A DNA stretch of 64,000 nucleotides, taken from contig OX597816.1 of assembly GCA_951406725.2 (NCBI GenBank), positions 128,650,001 through 128,714,000 on the forward strand, read 5' to 3'. The notes under the pieces were generated by a model. The model had not been told where the DNA came from. It did no database searches and saw only the letters and a program-made list of their open reading frames with translations. The stretch comes from Octopus vulgaris. Lineage: Eukaryota. Shown one piece after another: positions 54,782 to 64,000 of the stretch. Position 1 is the stretch's first letter, and the number at the start of each line of letters is the position of its first letter. A program made the translations under genes and the position numbers.

Positions 54782-57295
54782 AAGGTGCGATGGGTAAAGT
54801 GTCATTATTTTAAATTTTTAATTTTGTGCATGCACATTCTTTGTTTTTATTTTGTTGACTACACAGTATAGTAGGGTCAGTTGGGCACCATCTGTGAGAA
54901 AAACAGTACCATGATGCAATTTACTCTGCCAGAAATTTGGAAATGACATGCTGTTATGCTTGGCATACGAATATTTCAGAGTACTTGGGTGTCAATCTGA
55001 ATACAGCGCAGAGGATTCAAAAAGAGTTGGATGAATCTAATGGTGATTACAAAGGTACTGCAGCTTGGAAAACTCACTTTGATCAGTCTGATAAGAAAAG
55101 AACTCCTGAATTTGTTGGTGAGATCCAGGTCGTGATTGACAATAATCCCTCCAAATCAATCAGGTCCATTGCCAGGGACATGGGAGTGTGTGAGTTTCTT
55201 ATCAGGCAGGTAGTGCATGAAGACATTTAGTATTCCTCATAGAAAATGAGAAAGGGCCAATATTTATCCCAAGTGTTAGGAAATTATAAATTATATAATG
55301 TTAAATTAAATAGGTAAACAGTTTTTCATGCTGCACTATAAGGTAAGGGTGAAATCCATTGTCAAAATGAAGGAAGCTAGGTGTTATTAGCCAAAACTGT
55401 GAAACTATAACAAATTGGCTAGACCCTGGCAAACCTTTATAAGCAGAGATAATTTCACCCGCCCAGTTTTGTGACAGTTTTTTTCTGTGAGACAAAGTTG
55501 TTCAATTGGATTGTGGAAGCTATGATTGCCTGTTTATTTTATGCACTTTGTGCTAGGCTTTTATGGATTTATTTTATGCTCCAGGAATTCGCCAGAACTT
55601 TTGTCAGATTTAAAATAATTTCTGTGTCACATCTGGGTGAGTACAAAAAATCTCTTAAGTTATGTTATAATATTTATGTGAATTTTCAACCCTGCATTTG
55701 TGGCAAGTTGTGTAGTAATTTTGCTAGCTATTTTCTGTTAAGATAAATGTTAAAATTTGTATAAATAGCCAATGGGTGTATGAATTTAAATTTTTCATGT
55801 AGCCAATTTCTGTATTAAACAACTAACTGAAAATTTTTATCTAATGCTTATTCAGCATGCTTGTATGAAGCCATTTTGTGTGAATTTAAAGCAAACTAGC
55901 TTTTTATTTGACTATTTAATTTTTTAACTATAATTATTGGTGTTGTTTGGCAGCAATTTTGTGTCATGAAGTTTAAATGGTTGCTTTGACATAAGATCTA
56001 ATTATGTTTAGATCCAAGGTTCAAAACCTAAGGTTGAACACCAAATTGATAGAAGACAGATTCCATTGGTGAAGACAGATTTTATGACATTCCAAGGTTC
56101 AAAATCCACTGTTCGAATTCCACTGTTTGAAATCTATTGTTCAAAATCTGAGGTTCGAGAACCAAATTTGTACTAAAATGGAAATCCAGATTTTATGAAA
56201 TCCAAATTTTTGGAAGACATATTTTTGAAAAGCCAAATTTATGAGGCCAAGTTTTGTGTGAAGCCAATTTTAGTGAAACCAAAAACCAGGATTCAGAGTC
56301 AGAATTCTAAATTGTATATATGTTACCTCTGTAAATGTTTTGACTGCACACCTTGTGTAGCATTTGCTTTTTGTTCATCTATATATTCGGTTGTATGTAA
56401 ACTGTTTTTTTATGCTGAGTATTGCTAATAATATTTTAGAAAAATTCCATGGTGTGTTGTTGTTTTGGGTCACCCTATCCTCATTGATTCTGAAAATTTG
56501 GGTTATGGCCACCAGGTCATAACACAAGCCATCAAAGACAAGTGGAAAGACTGCACTATGAAGCTTTTGAATGAATTCAAGCATCCCCTTCAATCAAATA
56601 TACTTTGGTTTTTCTCAGATGAGAAAAATTTCTGCCAGGATCAGATGGTGAACACACAGAACAACCAATGGCTTGCTGTGTCCACCAAAACAAGCACCAA
56701 GAGGGATAAAAATTAAACATTCAGTCAACATCATGGTGTTCGGAGTGATCACTAGTGATGGCAATGTTATGCCTCCATTCTTCCCACACGACCTCAGAAA
56801 ACACAGAGGCCTACATCAAGTGCCTGGAGGAGGTAGTGCAGCCCTTGGTCAAGAGGGCGGCTGCTGGAAGACCCTATGTCTGGCAACAGGACTGTGCATC
56901 ATGCCGCACAAACAGGAAAACCCAGTCATGGCTGTCAGATCCAATCATGTCTGTGACTACACCGCCCCTAACATCTGGCCACCTAACTCCCCAGACTGCA
57001 ACCTCCTTGATTATTATGTGTGGGGTCAGTTGAGCAAGAGACCAACAGAACTCCTTGTAACACCAAAGATGAACTGAAGGCAAGGATTATGGCAGCATTC
57101 ACCAACTTAAACAAGGAAATCATCCAGAAGAGTAGCAGGAGATTCTCAAGTCGTCTGAAGGCTATGGTTAAAGCCAATGTCGATTTTATTGAATAAATGT
57201 ATTCCTTATTATTTCAAGATATTTTTACGTACTTTTGATAGAGATATCTGTTAAAATGAAATGTCAGTGTTATTTTCATTTTTGCATAATTTAGA
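54782..57295 (+). mobile_element. Degenerate Tc1/mariner transposon of maT (DD37D) type, split by a solo LTR
   Basis: PSKSIRSIARDMGV, WFFSDEKNF, MVFGVITSDG, YVWQQD, WPPNSPDCNLLDYYVWG. The frame LSQ|AIKDKWKD is restored on removing 55274-56528. Confidence 0.88.
55274..56524. mobile_element. Solo LTR (probably Gypsy-type), 1251 bp
   Basis: Starts TGTTA and ends TAACA. 4-bp TSD CAAG at 55270-73 and 56525-28. No recognisable coding content. Confidence 0.8.
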
Positions 57296-59053
57296 ATATA
57301 TATATCTGATGGGCTTCTTTCAGTTTCCATATGTCAAATCTAATCACAGAACTTTGATCAGCTGGAGATATAATAAAGACACTTGTTGAAGGTGCCACAC
57401 AATGGGACTAAACCAAATCTATGTTATTGGGAAGTAAGTCTCTGAACCACTCAGCCATGTTTGCATTGAATTATCATTTCTGATAAATAATGTTACTTCT
57501 AAGTAATAAATTGTTATTGTAATTTCATTCAGTTGTCATTTCATTGTCCATCTTCATTATAAAGTGGATATCCAAAAGAGTTTAATGCATTTATGAAAAG
57601 CTCAGCCAGGATTTCTCAATTAAGTTGGTCATCATGGCATCTTAGAGTACTACTGATAGTATTAGAAGAACTAAGGAATAAGCAGATATACAACACTAAT
57701 CCATAGGTGATTTGTAAAATCCAATTAAAAAACAAAAAACTTTTTTAAGCTTTTTGAAAATTATTTTAAAGCTGCAATGCATTAAAGTTAATACAACTTG
57801 GGAAGATGAAGTGTAATTCTTTACAACAGTTATGAAAATCTCTGAGCTATGGAAATTAGAGAGAAGAGAATTACATCCATACTTAAATATGACTATGTTT
57901 ATATCTAAGAAATAATTGATAATGCATACATGACTATAGAGGGAAGTAGGAGATGTCATATTATTCTTTGCAGTTGATGCTATTGTTATTAGTCTTGCAA
58001 TCAGACACCGCAAGTATACAAACATTCAATGAACTAATGAAATCTGATTGAACAACCAACACGATTTCATTCAGCAGCCTACACTTTTTGTTCTTCTCAC
58101 CTCCAGCTGGCTCTCCTTCAGATAGAATTATTTCCTTTAGCTGGCACCATATTCACTTGCCAATTCTATCTACTAGATAAATTTACAATACTTTATAACA
58201 CAAGAGCTACTCTAAACTTTTCAACCATTAAAGCACATGAAAGTCTTCATCAGAAACATAAAGTAGCTTCTGGCTATGATAACAGCTGTATCTAATAAAT
58301 CTCAAGTAACAGTCAATCAGTCTCGTTGTTTTAGTGCAGAATTATTTATATAAAACTTTAGCATATTCCACCCATACTGCACACAAAGACACACATGAAA
58401 ACACAAGCACAAATGCTCACGCATATACAAGAACACATACACACACATCCAGATGTATAACTAAATTAAGATACAAAGGTACAGAAAAATACTTAACATA
58501 TTAACTAATAAATATATATCCGGTTTATCAGTTTACACATGTTTACTACCCATATAGCCATTTGTATATAACAGTGATCAATATACCAGAATAACATTAC
58601 TAGATGCTTAATAAAATAAAATATTTTGTACACTTAACTGACAATATTACAATAATTACAAATAATATCCAATATGTGCATGAAATGAAACTATACATGA
58701 ACACACACACATGTATAAGTAGATGGATGTGTGAATGTATGTATGTATGTATGTATGTATGTATGTATGTATGTATGTATGTATGTATGTATGTATGTAT
58801 GTATGTATGTATGAATGTATGTATGTATGTATGTATGTATGTATGCTGTAAGCATATGTGTATGCTGATAGGTAGTTTAGTAAGGCAACTCACAATAAAG
58901 TAACCACATTTTTAGTGAGTGTCAATATGTTTTATTAAAACAGTGAGTCCAATAAAAAAGAGTTTGTTTTTGACACAAAATAACTTTTGTTAGACTCTAT
59001 TTTTAATGATGATAACATTAACAACACTAACAACAACAACACAACATTCAAAG

Positions 59054-59086
<33 letters not shown>

Positions 59087-59245
59087 CATACATACAAATA
59101 TATATATATATACACATATATATATATACACATATATATATATATACACATACATACATACAAATACAAATATATATATATATATATACACATACATACA
59201 AATGTATATATATATATATATATATATACACATACATACATACAA

Positions 59246-59277
<32 letters not shown>

Positions 59278-59744
59278 AACATTATCATTATTGGCATTGT
59301 ACATCTGTTGTTGCAAGGTGATATGTGTTTAGATAGGTCATACATTTCTTCACTTATCATGGTCTTTCATAATTTGACACGCACACCACCAACAAAGAAA
59401 AACAACCAAGCTTTCTTATTATGTATACTATGTTCTTTCTTTTTTTTTGCTGCTTTTTGGGCCTCTTTGGTGTGCTTTTTAGGAGTGGATGACCTTCTTG
59501 TCTCCAACCATCGTACAGCATTGACTTGGCACACTGGCACAAGAGAGGTTGTCTGCACCAGAGCTAAGGACTTAGTGTTTATTCAGAGTTACTACACTCT
59601 TGGACAGGTTGCCTACACTGTAGCTTGCAGAATCCTTGTATATATTTGTTTGTGTAGAAAGGAAAAGATGATTCAAGGAAGGAACAACTGCTATTGAATC
59701 AATATCAAATCCAAATTTCAAAGTTAATGATCAAATTCCTTATC

Positions 59745-60135
59745 TTTTATTTTCTTCAGTCATGAGACTGTGGTCATGCTGGGGCAATGCCTTTAAGAAT
59801 TTTTAGTCAAATGAAACAACCCCAGTACTTAATTATGTTAAGCCTGATACTTATTCTATCAGTCTTTTTTGTCAAATAGCTAAGTTACATGGATGCAAAC
59901 ACACCAACATTGGTTGTCAAATGGTTAGGTGGGGTCAAACACTGACACACACACACACACACATACACATATATATGACAGGTTTCTTTCAGTTACCATC
60001 TGCCAAAAACCACTCACTTGGCCTGAAACTATAGTAAAAGATACTTGCTTAGGGTGCTACACAGAGGAACTGAACCCAGAACCATGTGGTTGAGAAGCAA
60101 ACTTCTTACCACACAGCCACACCTGTGCCTGCACC
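59745..60135 (-). mobile_element. SINE family A copy
   Basis: Reverse-complement similarity to 45232-45716. Confidence 0.78.
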
Positions 60136-60737
60136 TATATAACTATTTTACAAGTAGTTCTCTGTTAACTGTCTTAGCTTTCATGATATCTTAAGGAAGC
60201 ATCGTTTTTTGATGAATTCCTATTGTGTGTGTGTATGTGAGAGTGGAAAGAAAGAAACAAAGAAAAATTAAAGACAGAAAATCAGAAGTGCAGAAAGAGA
60301 CAACACAGAAGCAGGGGAAGATGGGTCCTATAACCAATTAATTTTCAAGAAAACTGGAGTAGAGTTTGATTTCTTGTAGCATGTGACAAAGCCAATCCCT
60401 TTCAAAGCTATATTAATTGAAATATATATATATATATTCAGGTCTGCCAGATAAATAACAACTCTTGTCAATTAAAAGAGGCACAGCATCAAGATCTGAT
60501 ATTCTCTGTGAAGTCTCCATATATTTTATCAGACAGGGCTATTGAAAGTTAATTTTCTTGGATATAAATACATTAGCATGCTGGTGATTGGGAATACAAA
60601 CAGCTAAGCTGTCAGCTGTTTGTTCAGTATCATATCAATTCAATCAACTTCATTTCATGTGTGTGTGTGTGTGCATGTGTATGTATGTGTGTGTGTATGT
60701 GTATGATATATACATACATACCTACATATATCAATAC

Positions 60738-60850
<113 letters not shown>

Positions 60851-60884
60851 GGATTTGGACAAAACAAAACATCTTATTAAATAT

Positions 60885-61790
60885 GGAGTTGGTCTAACTT
60901 TGGCATCAATTAGAGCTTTAATACAGTGAGGAATTGACTTGTACAGATTCTGAAAGGTTGTTAGGGAAATTTCAAGCCATACTTCCAGTAAAACCTGCTT
61001 TAGCTCTTTGAGCTACATGAGTGTGGCGGGGTGGGGTGGGGTGGGTGAGCTCCATAACTGCTGTACCAAAATGCACTGTAAATGCTCAGTTATATTGAAA
61101 TTCAGTAATCTAAGTGGTTTATTTCACTTTTGTGCTCTTTGTACCAATTTTGAACAACATTAGCCATGTGATTTAGTGCATTATCATTCTAGAATATTGC
61201 ATTATTCCATCAGAAAACAAACAATATCTGTACCATAGAGAGCCATGATCTGCCAAAATACTCTGATAATCCTTGGCATTGACTCTGCCATATAGAACAA
61301 CTGAAAGTCCAAGAGAATCCCATGATACAGCTGCCCAAACCATCACAGAGCAACTTTTATGCTTCATGATAAGATCTAAAGAGTTAGTATTAAAGGCTTC
61401 TTTCAGCTGCCTCCAGGAATATAGTTTCTCTAAAGTGGGAAAATGTGTGAATAATGATTAATCAGAAATGATTACATTCTTCCATTGAGTCATTAATCCC
61501 TTCTGATATTCTAGACAACATAGTTATCACTTATTAGTATTAGTGTGAGATAGAAGTGGTTCAGTAATTGCAGCCATCACATAGTATCCAGCTTTATAAA
61601 GCCCATAGTGAACAGTTTCAGATGATACAGGGTTGGCAAGGTAGAGGTTTAGCTCTACTCTCACTTCTGTTGCTATACTTCAATGGTTTTTAAGCACAAA
61701 ACATTTCACTATTCTACTGCCTCACTTTCAGTAAGATTTGCCATCCATTCAAAGTTATACCTGCCAGACCAGGTTTTACCTTGGCTATGG
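60885..61790 (-). mobile_element. Degenerate Tc1 transposase remnant; a homologous fragment lies at ~52068-52215
   Basis: MKHKSCSVMVWAAVSWDSLG...GRVNAKDYQSILADH, and C-terminal [17 protein letters not shown]. Confidence 0.75.
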
Positions 61791-62079
61791 ATTGCCCTCT
61801 TGATTTAAGAGGCTTTACTGCTCAAAATATTGCCCTAGTATTGCCACAGTCTAATGACTGAAACAAGTAAAAGATAAAAGATAATTTAGCAGTTTTAGTG
61901 ACTGAAGATCCAACCATCCATGCTCCAATAATATTGTGTATTCGTTTCTTTTTGCATCCATTACTCATTATTGATTTTCTATAAAAATGAAGCTATATCC
62001 CTTAATTTGCCACTTTTCTATACAGAAACTGAGAAGATATCTTGCAGAACAGTTGTTACTTTAAAGAGATATATCTTGT

Positions 62080-62235
62080 AATCATCTGAAGAGACACATC
62101 TACACCAACAGATACTCTTAAATCAGTTGTTAAGTATCCCACCTATCAAGGATCAATACTAGATGGATCAAAATAATTGTAGTGATTAAAAAACATCCTC
62201 AGATCTTCCATCTTTCATCTCTGTCATTAATCAAA
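62080..62235 (+). mobile_element. Second copy of the hammerhead-bearing Penelope-like fragment
   Basis: aatcat-CTGAAGA-gacacatcta...tagatggatc-AAAAT-AATT-G-TA-gtgatt. Aligns with the reverse complement of 45062-45213. Confidence 0.55.
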
Positions 62236-62419
62236 TACCCAACTAATAATGAAAGTAAATGTGCTTTACTGGTAAGCTACCGGGTGTATACCATACAATT
62301 TCAAATCCACAGAAGGATCCCTGGAGATAGTTAGTGAGATGATCTAATTAGAGATGGAAGCAAATATACTGAAAATATACTTGCTAGAGTAAGAACAGGC
62401 TGAAGAAATTTTAGAGGGG

Positions 62420-62885
62420 TTTTACTTCTACTGGTAACAAAAAAGTAGCAAGAAATTAGAGAAAAAAGGTAGATTGTATGTTGTTTGTGTATCAACAGCA
62501 TTGCTACATGATAGTGAGATGTAATCCCTGAACACAGGGGAATGAAGACTAGAAAGATATGAAGCTAGCCTGTTCCAGTGGATGTGCAGCATCAGAGTAC
62601 ATGAATGAAAAAGTACAAATACTTTGAGAGAAAAATTTGCAACAAGTGGAATCAGATTTAGTGAGCAAGACAGAAGACTATGCTGGTATGATGCATATGG
62701 ATGATGACAGCTATATAATAAAGTGTCGATCACTTAATGTGGATGAAGTTTGTGGAGAGAGGAGACCCAAATAGACATAACTCGAAATGGTGAAGGCTGA
62801 TCTCAGGACTTTCAGCCTCACAGAGATGATAAAGGATTGAGATGGTTGGCATCATGCAGTGCTCAACAAGACCTATCATCTCGAA
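62420..62885 (+). mobile_element. Degenerate 3' fragment of the same RTE-clade LINE
   Basis: Aligns with 30000-30320 (gagagaaaaatt...caaga..gaagac..tgctggtatg..gtggagagaggagaccca). Confidence 0.7.
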
Positions 62886-63772
62886 GGAACTGAAGCTTTG
62901 GAAACATAATTTATAAATAGAACACTGAGTCCCTTATCCAATTTGCTTGTCATGCCCTCCCAACCACCCCCACATTTCTCCATCCCATACTCACTTAACT
63001 ACTGCAGTATTCTACTGTTGTAATTAAATGAAAGCAGAACTATATATTTCATCATCATTTTCCATGTTACTACACTAACTCACTTCACTTGGCATCCATC
63101 CTTCATTCATAACATTGTCCCTCTCCAATCACATTTTATATTGATCACCCTTCTGAACCACCAATTATCTCTATCACTGCCTTGAACAACTTTCTGTTAA
63201 CTCTCCCCTATCACCCATGTTTCTTACCCTACCAACACACCAATTCTCTCTTACCTCACACATTCTTGCAACGTAGTCACCCACACATCATCTCCCTTTT
63301 TTTCATCTTTCTCCCATCCACTATATCATTGCTATTTTGCTTCTTTTCACCCATGTCTTTACTGCCAGTCATCACCTACTTTCTCCAACCCATACTTATC
63401 ATCAACCTTTCTCCATTCTTGTTCAACATTAATTATATTGACTCCCACCCCAACCCTATTTCTCTTTCTCCCTATACACTCATGCAGCAACTTTCAACCT
63501 ACCACTCCTGATCTCTGCCCATCATCAGCATCTTTATCTCTCTGCCCAGCTCTACCTTAATTAATTGCAACCATTCTTAGATAATGCAAGGCAATCATGT
63601 ATCTGTTCTGGCCACTTCTTTCAGACTTTGAAATCTCAAAACCAAGCATAAAAATTCTTCTTTCTCTACTATGCTCTCATTCAGTCAAGGGTGATCTAAG
63701 TCTTCCAAGCTATATAGTGATCTTACTTGTGCAGGTGCTATGAAATAATCGTCAATTATTGAAGATATATAC

Positions 63773-63810
<38 letters not shown>

Positions 63811-64000
63811 AGATGTCCACAGAGTTCTCAAAGGTCAGGAAAAAAGAGCACACACACTCATATATTAGATAATAAAGTGGATGTATTATTTATACAGAAT
63901 TATAAATTTAGTCTCATGACAGCCAATTTGTGTTACTGAACAGTTATGTTGGTAGAATTTTTTTTGTACAAAACTGTTTGGCAACACAAATTGGCTGTTA

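Noticed and set aside
57760-58330. Possible degraded GPCR-like coding relic (AVDAIVISLAIRHRKY...LLTSSWLSF)
   Set aside because: Many stops, no DRY or NPxxY motif and no convincing exon structure.

Overview
AT-rich, microsatellite-dense eukaryotic DNA. The SINE families and repeat landscape look like a coleoid cephalopod, probably Octopus (inference). I found no intact host gene. Most of the window is a layered transposon graveyard: tRNA-derived SINEs of three families, a near full-length R4/Dong-type LINE inserted in (AAT)n, a CR1-group LINE, RTE fragments, a hAT, an intron-containing Tc1, a maT-type mariner split by a solo LTR, non-autonomous Helitrons and MITEs. Two things are missed by the ORF track. 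(1) A decayed divergent gene pair built from microexons and very short introns: a plus-strand gene resembling a Kyakuja-Dileera-Zisupton (KDZ) transposase (~26.35-28.8 kb) and a minus-strand gene (ATG at 23150, running to ~1.7 kb) with ASCH/PUA-like repeats and a C-terminal OTU-like domain. Together they suggest a fossil large cargo-carrying DNA transposon. (2) Several hammerhead ribozyme motifs, including a well-formed type I hammerhead in a 365-nt retrozyme-like unit at 22382-22797. All domain calls come from manual translation and motif recognition, not from database searches.
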